Assembly (NCBI GenBank): GCA_016763075.1
Contig: JAESUM010000063.1
Location: forward strand, 4,254 to 68,253
Direction: 5' to 3'
Source: Pseudomonadales bacterium
Lineage (GTDB): Bacteria > Pseudomonadota > Gammaproteobacteria > Pseudomonadales > JAHRWD01
Length of the DNA: 64,000 nucleotides
Positions 21,567 through 31,727 of this stretch are shown here, one piece after another (the first letter of the stretch is position 1; each line of letters begins with the position of its first letter). The position numbers and the translations under genes were made by a program. Under the pieces are notes generated by a model that saw only the letters and a program-made list of their open reading frames with translations, was not told where the DNA came from and did no database searches.

Positions 21567-22238
21567 GTGGCGTTTTTTGTTCTGGAACCAAAGCCAATGG
21601 ACACCCCTGAAATAAGTAGCGGCGCTCAGAAAGTTCTCGATGCTGCGCAAGAATTATTTGCTGAAGAAGGTTTTGCTAGTGTATCGGTTGCCGCTATTGC
21701 GGATAAAGCACAGGTATCCAAAGCCAACATTTATCATCATTTTGAATCTAAAGATAAGCTGTACAGCGCTGTACTTAAGGCAGCCTGCTCAGCTTCTGCA
21801 GAAATGATCACAATGAATGCTGGCCAAAACGACAACTACGCCGACCAGCTGAGCCACTTCGCAAAAAGCCATGTCTTGCATTTGACGGACAACCCACTGA
21901 TCTCCAGTTTAGTGATACGGGGCTTATTGGAGGAATCTAGCAATATTGACTCCCCCACCAATGACCTCACAGCAAATGATTTCGACTGTAATTTTAACCG
22001 CTTAGTTACGCTCATCAAGGCGGGCCAAGAAGCCGGTCAACTTAAAAAACAGTGTCACCCAGCGGCCTTTGCAACATTAATGATTGGCGCGAACATCCTA
22101 TTTATGAAAGCTAGAAATGTATTAGGCGAAGTGCCTGATAACGAATACCCGCTAGACCCAGAAGACTTTGCAAGCACCATGATTGATATTCTTTTACACG
22201 GCGTATTAACCGATCAACAGGAAGATAACCTCCTATGA
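21567..22238 (+). CDS. TetR/AcrR-family transcriptional regulator
   Basis: 223 aa; the ATG at 21597 (MDTPEISS) is an alternative start. The HTH region is FASVSVAAIADKAQVSKANIYHHFESKDKLY. An ATGA overlap joins it to the next gene. Confidence 0.88.
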   Translation: MAFFVLEPKPMDTPEISSGAQKVLDAAQELFAEEGFASVSVAAIADKAQVSKANIYHHFESKDKLYSAVLKAACSASAEMITMNAGQNDNYADQLSHFAKSHVLHLTDNPLISSLVIRGLLEESSNIDSPTNDLTANDFDCNFNRLVTLIKAGQEAGQLKKQCHPAAFATLMIGANILFMKARNVLGEVPDNEYPLDPEDFASTMIDILLHGVLTDQQEDNLL

Positions 22239-23353
22239 ATAGCAGTAAACGCAACATCTCAGCACCTAAAGTGCGGGCTTTTTCAGCCACTCTTATCAGT
22301 TCGATATTAGCGTTATCGCTACTAACCGGCTGCGGTGAAGAAGAGCAGACGATCAAAACGACGGAAAAACCCGCTGTTTTGGTTAACGTTGAAAAGGCCA
22401 GCCCAGAGCAAATTCAAATTAAAGAAAGCTCCATCGGCCGAATTGAATCACTGGCTACGCCGATGATATCGGCAGAAGTTTCTGGCCGAGTGACCTCCAT
22501 TGAAGTTGCCGTTGGACAAAGCTTCACCAAAGGCCAGCTTCTAGCGGCATTGGATGACGCGGATTACCAAAACCGTTTACGTGCCGCCAGCGCCGATGTA
22601 AACCGCATCATCGCTATGCTCAAAAACGAAGACATACAGCTTCAGCGTTATAAAAACCTCCAACAAAATGATTTTGTATCGAGAACTAAACTGGATTCAC
22701 TGGTCGCTCAAAAAGAGGTGCTTAACCAGCAGCTTGATGCAGCACGCGCACAAGAAGAGATCATTCGACACAACCTCAACAAAACCAAAATTTTTGCGCC
22801 TTTAGCGGGAAAACTGCAAAAACGTATGGTTTCCGTTGGCGATTACGTCAACCCTGGCAAACCAATGTTCCAGGCCAGCACCAGCGCCAAGCTTCAAGTT
22901 ATCTTGCCGTTTCCTGAAGTGATTTCGAACACATTACGTCCTGGCCTGCCCGTCACGCTGACACTCAATATCGAAAATAGCATTGTGGCAAAAGGTACGG
23001 TCACTGAAATCCGACCGGATATCGGTTCCAGCAATCTTTCATCGGATGTCATTATTGAAGTCAGCAATCCAGGCGGCTGGAAACCTGGCGCGAGCGTTGA
23101 TGGCGTAATAGTCATTGATGAGCACTCCGCGATCATGGTCTCTGACCTGTCGGTGGTTCAACGCCCCGGCAGAACCGTTGCCTATATCGTAACCTCCAGT
23201 GGCGTTGTAAAAGAGACCATCATCGAAACCGGATATTGGGAACGAGGCCGTATTGAAGTCACTTCCGGAATCTCCGCCGGCGACATCGTAGTCACCGACG
23301 GCGCTTACTTTCTTAGCGACGGTGCAAAAGTTCGATATGAGGAGAGCCTCTAA
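22235..23353 (+). CDS. RND efflux periplasmic adaptor (MFP) lipoprotein
   Basis: 372 aa with a lipobox (LSLLTGC). It has a coiled-coil hairpin region and a beta-barrel C-terminus typical of the HlyD/AcrA family. Confidence 0.85.
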   Translation: MNSSKRNISAPKVRAFSATLISSILALSLLTGCGEEEQTIKTTEKPAVLVNVEKASPEQIQIKESSIGRIESLATPMISAEVSGRVTSIEVAVGQSFTKGQLLAALDDADYQNRLRAASADVNRIIAMLKNEDIQLQRYKNLQQNDFVSRTKLDSLVAQKEVLNQQLDAARAQEEIIRHNLNKTKIFAPLAGKLQKRMVSVGDYVNPGKPMFQASTSAKLQVILPFPEVISNTLRPGLPVTLTLNIENSIVAKGTVTEIRPDIGSSNLSSDVIIEVSNPGGWKPGASVDGVIVIDEHSAIMVSDLSVVQRPGRTVAYIVTSSGVVKETIIETGYWERGRIEVTSGISAGDIVVTDGAYFLSDGAKVRYEESL

Positions 23354-26300
23354 TGACGCTATCTGAACTATCCATCAAGCGGTATGCGATGGCTTACATG
23401 ATGAACATGGTCATCGTGTTGCTCGGCGTCGTCAGTATTTTCCGCGTCGGTGTCGATCGCTACCCCAGCATCGACTTTCCTATTATCTCTATCACCACTA
23501 TATTGCCCGGTGCCAACCCTGAGATTATCGACACCAGTGTCACCAATATCATCGAGAGTGCGGTGAACAGTGTGCCTGGGATTGATTACATTCAGGGGTC
23601 ATCCACTCCTAGCGCCTCTAACGTTATCGTATTCTTTAAGTCTGCAAAAGATATGAATATCGCCTTTAACGAGGTGCAGAGTAAAGTAAACGTCGTCAGC
23701 AACCTGCTGCCAAGCGATGCGAAAACGCCCATTATCCAAAAAATTGAATTTGGTGCGTTCCCCATTATGTGGGTCGTGTTTGGTGGTGACCGCACCCCTC
23801 AACAGCTTGACCACTATATGCGGACCGTCGTTAAGAAACGCGTAGAGGGTATTGAAGGCGTGGGTAACGCCATGATTGGCGGCTCCAGTAAGCGCGCCAT
23901 TCGTATCAATGTTGATCTTGATCGGCTTACAGCCTTTGGCCTGACAGCCAATGATCTGGTCAGAGCCATTAAGTCGGAACATCTGCAGTTCCCCGGCGGC
24001 TACATGGTGGGCGAAAACCGTGAAATGCTGATCAAACTGGATCAGGAATATCACAATATTCGTGAGCTCAGCACCATGGTTGTGGGGTACCGCGACGGTG
24101 CGCCTATCAAACTTCGGGATGTTGCCGATGTAGAAGACGCACTTGAAGATATACGCGCCATTGGGCTTTACAAAGGCCTGCGAACTACCGGGCTCGGCAT
24201 TGTTAAAATCAGCACCGGGAATATCGTTGCCATATCCGACGAGGTTCAGCGCGTCATCCGAGAAGAGATTGAACCCAACCTGCCACCGGGCATGTGGGTA
24301 GAGATCGCAACCGATGATTCCATTTTCATTAAAGACCTCATCAATAACCTCAAAGAGCATATCCTCTGGGGCACCATTCTCGCGGCGTTAGTCGTGCTGG
24401 TATTCCTGCACGACTGGAGATCAACCATTATTGTTGCCACGGCTATTCCGGTTTCTTTACTGGGCGCTGTTGCGGTGATGTACTTTGCCGATTACACCTT
24501 TAATAGCTTCACGATGTTAGCGCTGTTATTACTGATAGGGGTGGTGGTGGATGATGCGATCGTGGTGCTGGAGAATATTCACCGCCATCGCACCACCATC
24601 GATAAAAACCCAGTCACCTCCGCTATTTCCGGCTCCAACGAAGTGTTTTTTGCGATCTTTGCGTCAAGCCTTTCGCTGATCTCGATCTTTGGCCCGGTTA
24701 TTTTCATGAGCGGCATCGTTGGTAAGTTTTTCCAATCCTTCGCGGTTGTGGTGAGCTTTGGTGTTATCGCATCGTTTTTTGTATCGATCACCCTTACTCC
24801 AATGCTCTGTTCGCGGTTTTTGAAATCCCATCAAGATCTGGGCCTGATCGCACGATTTAACGAACGATGGATCACTGGATCGGAGAACTTCTATCGCAAA
24901 GTACTTCAATCGAGCCTGCTTAATCGCTGGAAAGTGCTCGCGATGGCTACCGTTGTGGTATTAAGCAGCGGGTTTTTCTTCAACAATATCGACAAAGGCT
25001 TCAACCCCGATATCGATGAAGGAAAGTTCATGGTGTTCTTTAAAACACCCATGGGCTCCACCATTGAATACGGTCGCGATCGCCTGACCAAAGTACTTGA
25101 AGTATTAGATACCTACCCCGAAGTGATCAGTCACTTCAGTGGCCTAGCGATGATGCCTGGATCTCAAACCAGTGACGGCATGTCGATGGTACGAATGACG
25201 CATAAAACAGAACGTGATCGAAGCCAATTCGAGATCCAGAAACTACTTCAAGCAGATTTGAATAAGGTTCCGGGGGTTCGCGCGTTTGTGACGCCAATGT
25301 CGCCTATGGGCGGCGGCCGGTCCGAACCATTACAAGTGGTTCTACGTCACCAAAACTTTGAAAAACTTGCCGATATGACCGAGACATTTCGGCAAACCTT
25401 GTCGAATCATCCTGATTTGGGAGGCAATGTCGATGTCGATTTACAGGTCGATCTGCCTCAAATCGAGCTCACCATTGACCGCGTGCGTGCATCGAGCCTT
25501 GGGCTAAGCGCAAGTGATGTATCGATGGCGGTCAACGTGCTGCTTGGCGGTAGTAACGTCGCCTACTTCAACGATGAATCTGGCGATCAAGATCGATACG
25601 ATATCCGCCTTAAAGCCAAGGCTGAAAGCATTGGACTACCCACTGACTTGGAGAAACTCTACCTTCGAAGCCGAACGACCGGCGAGCTGATCCGAGCCGA
25701 TACCATTGCCAAGTTTGAACAAACCCTAGGCCCAGCAAAGCTGTCGAAATTCAGCCTGCAATACGCGGCTACCTACTACGCAACACCTACCGTTCCTATC
25801 GGTGATGCGCTGGCAATCGTAGAAGCAGAAATTGCCAAGCTGCCACCGGGTTTCAGTCTTGAAGTTAAAGGCGAAGCCCGAAGCTTCAGCGAAGCGGTAT
25901 CGGCTATTGGCTTTGCGTTAATTATGGCATTACTACTGATGTACATGGTTTTAGCCAGTCAGTTCAACGGCTTTATACAACCGATGATTGTAATGATGGC
26001 GCAACCACTGGCCATTGTTGGTGGCCTTGCAGCACTTTGGTTGTTTGACTCGGAGCTGGTTATTTACTCGATGATTGGCATGGTTCTACTGATGGGGCTG
26101 GTTGCTAAAAACTCGATCCTATTGGTTGATTTAACCAATCAATACCGCGACCAAGGCATGTCGGTTGATGAAGCGCTGCTTGCAGCCTGCCCCACTCGCT
26201 ACCGGCCTGTTGTAATGACATCGCTGACGCTAATTTTAGCAATGTTACCTGCGGCGCTCAGCACCGGCGGTGGTTCAGAAACCAATTTGCCACTGGCGTT

Positions 26301-26460
26301 AATGGTGATTGGCGGCATGATCAGCTCAACCCTAATGACACTGGTTGTGGTTCCTGCGCTGTATTCATTGCTTGAAAACTTCCTCACACGCTTTTCCAAC
26401 CAGCGTATGGACGAGGCGTTAGAGCAAGATAAATCAGCGCCCCATGACAAGCTAATTTAA
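23353..26460 (+). CDS. RND (AcrB/HAE-type) efflux permease
   Basis: 1035 aa with a 12-TM layout and two large periplasmic loops. A TAATG junction joins it to the adaptor gene. No outer-membrane factor gene follows. Confidence 0.9.
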   Translation: MTLSELSIKRYAMAYMMNMVIVLLGVVSIFRVGVDRYPSIDFPIISITTILPGANPEIIDTSVTNIIESAVNSVPGIDYIQGSSTPSASNVIVFFKSAKDMNIAFNEVQSKVNVVSNLLPSDAKTPIIQKIEFGAFPIMWVVFGGDRTPQQLDHYMRTVVKKRVEGIEGVGNAMIGGSSKRAIRINVDLDRLTAFGLTANDLVRAIKSEHLQFPGGYMVGENREMLIKLDQEYHNIRELSTMVVGYRDGAPIKLRDVADVEDALEDIRAIGLYKGLRTTGLGIVKISTGNIVAISDEVQRVIREEIEPNLPPGMWVEIATDDSIFIKDLINNLKEHILWGTILAALVVLVFLHDWRSTIIVATAIPVSLLGAVAVMYFADYTFNSFTMLALLLLIGVVVDDAIVVLENIHRHRTTIDKNPVTSAISGSNEVFFAIFASSLSLISIFGPVIFMSGIVGKFFQSFAVVVSFGVIASFFVSITLTPMLCSRFLKSHQDLGLIARFNERWITGSENFYRKVLQSSLLNRWKVLAMATVVVLSSGFFFNNIDKGFNPDIDEGKFMVFFKTPMGSTIEYGRDRLTKVLEVLDTYPEVISHFSGLAMMPGSQTSDGMSMVRMTHKTERDRSQFEIQKLLQADLNKVPGVRAFVTPMSPMGGGRSEPLQVVLRHQNFEKLADMTETFRQTLSNHPDLGGNVDVDLQVDLPQIELTIDRVRASSLGLSASDVSMAVNVLLGGSNVAYFNDESGDQDRYDIRLKAKAESIGLPTDLEKLYLRSRTTGELIRADTIAKFEQTLGPAKLSKFSLQYAATYYATPTVPIGDALAIVEAEIAKLPPGFSLEVKGEARSFSEAVSAIGFALIMALLLMYMVLASQFNGFIQPMIVMMAQPLAIVGGLAALWLFDSELVIYSMIGMVLLMGLVAKNSILLVDLTNQYRDQGMSVDEALLAACPTRYRPVVMTSLTLILAMLPAALSTGGGSETNLPLALMVIGGMISSTLMTLVVVPALYSLLENFLTRFSNQRMDEALEQDKSAPHDKLI

Positions 26461-26475
26461 CGCTACCTTCCTACG

Positions 26476-26526
26476 AAAAGGGGTTCATTACATACACTTA
26501 AGTGCCTGTAATGAACCCCTTTTTTT
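26476..26526. terminator. Rho-independent terminator after the RND operon (bidirectional geometry)
   Basis: aaaaggggttcattaca-N14-tgtaatgaacccctttttttt is a 13-bp GC-containing stem flanked by A and T runs. Confidence 0.75.
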
Positions 26527-26555
26527 GCCTGCAATTTGTCCTGCGTTAAGTACTC

Positions 26556-27461
26556 TTATCGAGCATTACGTTTACGAAACCACATCACTACCCACTGCCA
26601 ACGGTTAATAATTAACGCAGAAAAGATTAACCCACAACCCAACAACTGAAGGCCGGTCATCGACTCACCGAGCCACAGCATGGCAAATATCGCAGCCCAA
26701 ACAGGCTCTAACGTTAGGATCATCGCCCCGTGACTTACCGGCGCTAACCCCAGCGCATAGGTCTGTATTAAAAACCGTAAACTACTGGCTATAAAAACAC
26801 TTAGCACCAGCCAAACAAGAATATCCAGCGGCACTTGTACGGGCCATATTTCCAAGAAATAGGAAGCCAATGTTGACAGCACTCCAACAAACATCAGTTG
26901 AATTGCGGTCAACATTAACGCCGGAACATGCTGTACTGCGCGACTATTTATATTCATTTGAAAAGCAAAAACAACGGCTGCAGCCAAGTAATACAGCTGC
27001 CCCAACTCCAGCTCAAACGACAGCTCTTGTTGGTTTCGGCCCAGCGCTAAGGTGGCAAAACCGACCACCGCAATAGGCAGAGCGAGCCACATCACTTTGG
27101 GTTGAGATTCCCCGTACACCAAAAATGCAACCACCGGCACCAGCACAGTTCCAAGGCTAGCAATGAATGCGCCTTCTCCAACATGGGTGCCATGAAACAA
27201 GCCGGTAATCCACAGCATCATCGCCGCCGCAAGTAAAATCCCAACCTTCGAAGAAGTCAGAAATTGAGGCACGGTTAAAGTTCGCCACCGTTTACCACCC
27301 ATCACAAACAACACCGCCGAGGCCAGCAAAAAGCGAGTCCCAAGAAACAGCAGTGGCGGCATGCCTCCCAATGCTTCCTTCGAGAAAATCCAGCCTAATG
27401 CGGCCAGCACTGTTACCAGCAGCAACAGCACATCGGCTTTGAGATATTGATTATTCTGCAT
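26556..27461 (-). CDS. EamA/DMT-family transporter
   Basis: 301 aa with about 10 hydrophobic helices arranged as two EamA-like halves. Confidence 0.75.
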   Translation of the reverse strand: MQNNQYLKADVLLLLVTVLAALGWIFSKEALGGMPPLLFLGTRFLLASAVLFVMGGKRWRTLTVPQFLTSSKVGILLAAAMMLWITGLFHGTHVGEGAFIASLGTVLVPVVAFLVYGESQPKVMWLALPIAVVGFATLALGRNQQELSFELELGQLYYLAAAVVFAFQMNINSRAVQHVPALMLTAIQLMFVGVLSTLASYFLEIWPVQVPLDILVWLVLSVFIASSLRFLIQTYALGLAPVSHGAMILTLEPVWAAIFAMLWLGESMTGLQLLGCGLIFSALIINRWQWVVMWFRKRNAR

Positions 27462-27582
27462 AAAGATCCTATCTACTTCTTGGATTTGGTCACACGCAAC
27501 GAAGGTTACGCTGTATGTAGGGATGACATGATGATATATTTAGCGGCTGTTTTTTTAATCAATATAACTTTACGAAGTTCAG

Positions 27583-28509
27583 ATGCATCATATCAGTCGT
27601 ATTATCGCTTCATTGGCTACCGCGGCACTGTTAGTGGCTTGTGGCGACTCAAATACTGCCAACACTTCAGGTACGCTAAACCTTAGCGTCACCGATGCAC
27701 CTATCGACGGCGCTGCTCACGTTTGGGTAGAGTTCACTGGAGTCGAACTCAAGCCTCAAAGCGGCCCAGCGTTTAGCATTGATTTTGGGGCAGGAAACGA
27801 AAAACAGATCGATTTACTCAGCCTACAAGGCAGCAGTTCTGAGCCCCTCATAAGCAACCAAGACGTTGCCGCAGGAAACTATAACTGGGTCAGACTGAAG
27901 GTCAATGCTCAGTCCAATACACTGGATTCCTATATTGAATTAAACGATGGCCGGCAATTTTCGCTATGGATTCCCGGTGGTGGCGAAACAGGCCTCAAAT
28001 TAATTCGCGGCTTTACCATCACCAGCGGCGGAGTCTCAAATTTAACGATTGATTTTGATCTTCGTAAATCGATCACTGCACCGACTGCATTTACAGACTA
28101 CTACCTAAAACCCGCATTAAAAATTGTCGACAACAGTGAGGTTGGGCAAATCAGCGGCACCGTCAGTGCCGATTTCTTCAGTGATCCAAACTGCAGTGCG
28201 GATGCATCTGCTAGCACCGGAGCCGGCGCAGCGGTTTACTTATATTCAGATGCCAATGCAACCACCGGCGATAGCGGCAGCGCCAACGAGCCTCTTTCTA
28301 GCGTCCTGATTTCATTAAACACCACCCGTGGCGAGCTAGAATACGAATTTGGTTTTGTTGATGCTGGAGAATACACCTTGGCACTAACCTGCGAAGCTAG
28401 TGATGATGACCCTGAAGCGATTAATAATATTAGCTTCAACTCGCAAGAAAATATCACCGTGGTACTGGATGAAACGACGGTTCATGATTTTGAAATACCT
28501 GCCATATAG
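27583..28509 (+). CDS. DUF4382-like lipoprotein
   Basis: 308 aa with a lipobox (LLVACG). LNLSVTDAPIDGAAHVWVEFTGVELKP matches my memory of DUF4382 N-termini. Confidence 0.6.
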   Translation: MHHISRIIASLATAALLVACGDSNTANTSGTLNLSVTDAPIDGAAHVWVEFTGVELKPQSGPAFSIDFGAGNEKQIDLLSLQGSSSEPLISNQDVAAGNYNWVRLKVNAQSNTLDSYIELNDGRQFSLWIPGGGETGLKLIRGFTITSGGVSNLTIDFDLRKSITAPTAFTDYYLKPALKIVDNSEVGQISGTVSADFFSDPNCSADASASTGAGAAVYLYSDANATTGDSGSANEPLSSVLISLNTTRGELEYEFGFVDAGEYTLALTCEASDDDPEAINNISFNSQENITVVLDETTVHDFEIPAI

Positions 28510-28563
28510 TCACTATGGGTTTGAACCGTAGGCCTGCTATTTAGTCCTCACTAACACGTTTAG

Positions 28564-28594
28564 ACCGCCTTGGTGTCATCCACCAAGGCGGTTT
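28564..28594. terminator. Hairpin between convergent genes (weak T-tract)
   Basis: accgccttggtg-tcatc-caccaaggcggt followed by ttt. Confidence 0.5.
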
Positions 28595-28631
28595 CGAAGT
28601 TGAGCCCATAACGCGTCACTCAATACCAAAC

Positions 28632-29483
28632 TTAGATGCCCGCAGCCATCACTGCGGCATAACCTTCGCGGTAAGTGGGGTACTCAAACTGGTAACCCGA
28701 CTCTATTAACCTTGCGTTGCCGCAGCGTTTATTTTGGCTTTTGGGTACCGCGCCAGACATATCCCGCCGGGGTTTTTCTACGGCTAGTTCATCGGCAAGC
28801 CAATCTGCAACCTCTGCCTTCGTCACTGGTGCGTTATCTACCGCCAAGTAACAAACTTGCGGTTGCACTAGATTCATGATGTGCTGCAAAACACCGGCGC
28901 AATCTTCCGAATGAATACGATTGGTGTAGTGCGGATATTGCTCATTCACCACGACTTCAGATTTTTTCACCTGATTAATAAAATGCGCGCGGCCAAGTCC
29001 GTAAATCCCGCCTAAGCGCACCACCGTATGCCGGTAGCCACTGTTTGCGAGCAATTGTTCTGCTTCAAGTAAAATTTGGCCCGAAAACGAGCCTGGGTTA
29101 GTTTCGGAATTTTCGTCTACCCACTCGCCTTTATTTTGTGCATAAACCGCGGTGCTTGAAACGAAAATGATACGTAGATTAGGGTTCGATAACTGATCCA
29201 GCCGCGCTAGTAGGTTTTTTAAACCCTCTACATAAGTACTGCGGTAACGTTGCTCGCTACGCTCCCCGGCTGCGGCGCAATATATTACGTGATCCACCTC
29301 ACTAGGAAAGCCTGGAAACTCGGTATCCGTTGCCATGTTTGCGGCAATTCCATGGATATTTTCAGGCAGCTTTTGAACATCCCGGCGAATACCCCAAACG
29401 GTGTGGCCACTGCGCAATAGCCGGTTCGCCAATCGTATCCCTACATCACCACAACCTGCTATCAACGTTTTTGCCACACCCAC
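28632..29483 (-). CDS. NAD(P)-binding Rossmann-fold protein (SDR/epimerase-like)
   Basis: 283 aa with an N-terminal GCGDVG dinucleotide-binding motif and an extended-SDR-like length. Confidence 0.65.
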   Translation of the reverse strand: MGVAKTLIAGCGDVGIRLANRLLRSGHTVWGIRRDVQKLPENIHGIAANMATDTEFPGFPSEVDHVIYCAAAGERSEQRYRSTYVEGLKNLLARLDQLSNPNLRIIFVSSTAVYAQNKGEWVDENSETNPGSFSGQILLEAEQLLANSGYRHTVVRLGGIYGLGRAHFINQVKKSEVVVNEQYPHYTNRIHSEDCAGVLQHIMNLVQPQVCYLAVDNAPVTKAEVADWLADELAVEKPRRDMSGAVPKSQNKRCGNARLIESGYQFEYPTYREGYAAVMAAGI

Positions 29484-29709
29484 CCCCCGTGAACACCATC
29501 AAAACTGCATTATTTTGTCGCCAATGACTATACAGCACCCGCCGCATGGTATGGATAACTGGCACGTCTCAATTGCAGCCCCAATTTGCAGCCTCAGCGC
29601 CGGTTGCATGAGACGAACGGGGTTTGATTGTCTATACTAGTTCGATCATTTTTGTCTTTGCAGACCCAAACTCACCCAAGTAAATCGTACATTTTGTGCC
29701 GAGGTTTTA

Positions 29710-30114
29710 ATGCTAAAAGCACTGTTCAAGCGATTTAGAAGCAACCCCATACCTGCTGAACCCGCCGCAGCTGGCAAAGCGAAGGGCTGGATTGGTGTAG
29801 ACCTTGACGGCACGCTGGCTTATTACGATGGCTGGATGGGGCATTTCCATATTGGCGAGCCCATTGCACCAATGCTTGAGCGAGTTCAAAAATGGCTCAG
29901 TAATGGCCAAGAAGTGCGAATATTAACCGCCCGCGCATCGGTTCCTGAGCACAAAAAATTTGTTGAACTATGGCTTCAACAACATGGCTTGGGCGAGCTA
30001 CAAGTCACCCATTCGAAAGACTACGGCATGATTGAACTATGGGATGACCGCTGCATCCAAGTGGCCGTCAATACAGGCCAGCCCGTTAGTGAAACATTGC
30101 ATGCCGGCCGATGA
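29710..30114 (+). CDS. Small HAD-like phosphatase-fold protein
   Basis: 134 aa with the DxDxT motif in IGVDLDGTLA and a later ILTARA segment. Confidence 0.45.
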   Translation: MLKALFKRFRSNPIPAEPAAAGKAKGWIGVDLDGTLAYYDGWMGHFHIGEPIAPMLERVQKWLSNGQEVRILTARASVPEHKKFVELWLQQHGLGELQVTHSKDYGMIELWDDRCIQVAVNTGQPVSETLHAGR

Positions 30115-30179
30115 ATATTGCTGGCGAAACGCATTAAAAGACTGAACCTCAACACGAAATACACGCACAAGGATTCCCC

Positions 30180-31619
30180 ATGAGTACAGGTACGTCATTA
30201 ATTCCGGTCATTTTATCCGGCGGTTCCGGCTCCCGACTTTGGCCGTTATCGCGCGCCCTGTACCCCAAGCAGCTATTGCCGTTGGCGGGGCCAGACTCCA
30301 TGCTGCAAGAAACCATAGCAAGGCTCTCTGGTCTTGCTGCCATACGCCCAGCTATTGTGGTCTGCAACGAAGAACACCGTTTTATGGTGGCTGAACAGCT
30401 CAGAGAAAAGAACACTAAATCTGCCGCTATTATTCTCGAACCAGTTGGCCGCAATACCGCTCCAGCGGTGGCGGTAGCGGCGCTGGAAGCACTGCGTTCT
30501 AGCGCTGACGATATGGATCCGCTTATTTTGGTACTGCCTGCAGACCATGTGATTACTGATCTTAATGCCTTCCACCGAGCTATCGAGCAAGGTATGGAGC
30601 AGGCGCGAGCCGGAAACCTTGTGACCTTTGGCATCGTTGCGCAGTCAGCCCACACCGGCTACGGCTATATTCAAGTCGGCGAGCCTGTCAATGAGCATGC
30701 TTTCCAAGTTGACCAATTCCGTGAAAAACCCGACCAAAGCACTGCCGATAGCTACTTAAAAGATGGTGGCTATTACTGGAACAGCGGCATGTTTTTATTC
30801 AAAGCATCGCGCTACCTGCAAGAATTAGCTAAATTTGAACCTAAAATTCAAAGCTACTGTATGACCTCTTTTGCTCTGTCACAAAAGGATTTAGATTTTA
30901 CTCGGCTTGATAAAGAATCCTTTGAGCAATGCCCATCGGATTCTATCGATTACGCCGTGATGGAAAAAACCGATGCCGCCGTGGTAATCCCGTTAGATGC
31001 CGGTTGGAACGACGTGGGCTCTTGGTCATCACTGTGGGAGCTTGGCGAGCCCGACGAGCACGGCAATGTAGTGATCGGTGATGTACTGATGGAAGACACC
31101 CACAATTCCTACCTGCGTTCAGAAAGCCGGCTGATCGCAACTGTTGGCATCAAAGATTGTGTGGTGGTCGATACCGCAGATGCACTGCTAGTGGCTGATC
31201 GTAGCCAGGTACAAAATGTTAAAGATATCGTTGCTCAGCTTAAAAAGCTTAACCGTGGCGAAACCACGCTGCACAAAAAAGTAGCCCGGCCCTGGGGTTC
31301 TTACGAAGGCATCGCTCAATCAGAGGGCTACCAAGCTAAACGAATTACCGTAAAACCCGGTGGCTGCCTGTCGTTACAGCTACATCACCGGCGCTCGGAA
31401 CACTGGATTATGGTGAAAGGCACTGCAGAAGTGACCTGCGGAGAAAAGGTATTTGAGCTGCGGGAAAATGAATCTACCTACATTCCCATCGGCGTTAAGC
31501 ACCGGCTTGAAAACCGCACGGATGAGCCGGTAGAAATGATCGAGGTCCAAGTGGGCAGTTACCTTGGCGAAGACGATATCGTACGTTTTGAAGATGTGTA
31601 TGGTCGTACTGACAATTAA
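30180..31619 (+). CDS. manC: Mannose-1-phosphate guanylyltransferase / mannose-6-phosphate isomerase (AlgA/ManC type)
   Basis: 479 aa with an N-terminal nucleotidyltransferase motif (LSGGSGSRLWPLSR) and a C-terminal cupin (HHRRSEHWIMVKGTAEV). Confidence 0.9.
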   Translation: MSTGTSLIPVILSGGSGSRLWPLSRALYPKQLLPLAGPDSMLQETIARLSGLAAIRPAIVVCNEEHRFMVAEQLREKNTKSAAIILEPVGRNTAPAVAVAALEALRSSADDMDPLILVLPADHVITDLNAFHRAIEQGMEQARAGNLVTFGIVAQSAHTGYGYIQVGEPVNEHAFQVDQFREKPDQSTADSYLKDGGYYWNSGMFLFKASRYLQELAKFEPKIQSYCMTSFALSQKDLDFTRLDKESFEQCPSDSIDYAVMEKTDAAVVIPLDAGWNDVGSWSSLWELGEPDEHGNVVIGDVLMEDTHNSYLRSESRLIATVGIKDCVVVDTADALLVADRSQVQNVKDIVAQLKKLNRGETTLHKKVARPWGSYEGIAQSEGYQAKRITVKPGGCLSLQLHHRRSEHWIMVKGTAEVTCGEKVFELRENESTYIPIGVKHRLENRTDEPVEMIEVQVGSYLGEDDIVRFEDVYGRTDN

Positions 31620-31676
31620 ACCATTGTGGAAGTGCCGCTTAAGGCACCCCTAACCATCACATATAAAATCAGATAT

Positions 31677-31708
31677 AAAAAAAGCGGCTTATAAAAGCCG
31701 CTTTTTTT
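31677..31708. terminator. Bidirectional rho-independent terminator
   Basis: aaaaaaagcggctt-ataa-aagccgcttttttt. Confidence 0.75.
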
Positions 31709-31727
31709 GCTGCATATTTAACCGGAG

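Noticed and set aside
23599-24360. 253-aa ORF antisense to the RND permease gene.
   Set aside because: It is fully nested opposite a strongly supported AcrB-family CDS. It has no recognisable motif or RBS. Long antisense ORFs are expected in GC-biased coding sequence.
30149-30655. 168-aa ORF antisense to the 5' part of manC.
   Set aside because: The product is Ala/Ser/Arg-rich and low in complexity, and it overlaps a well-supported nucleotidyltransferase domain.
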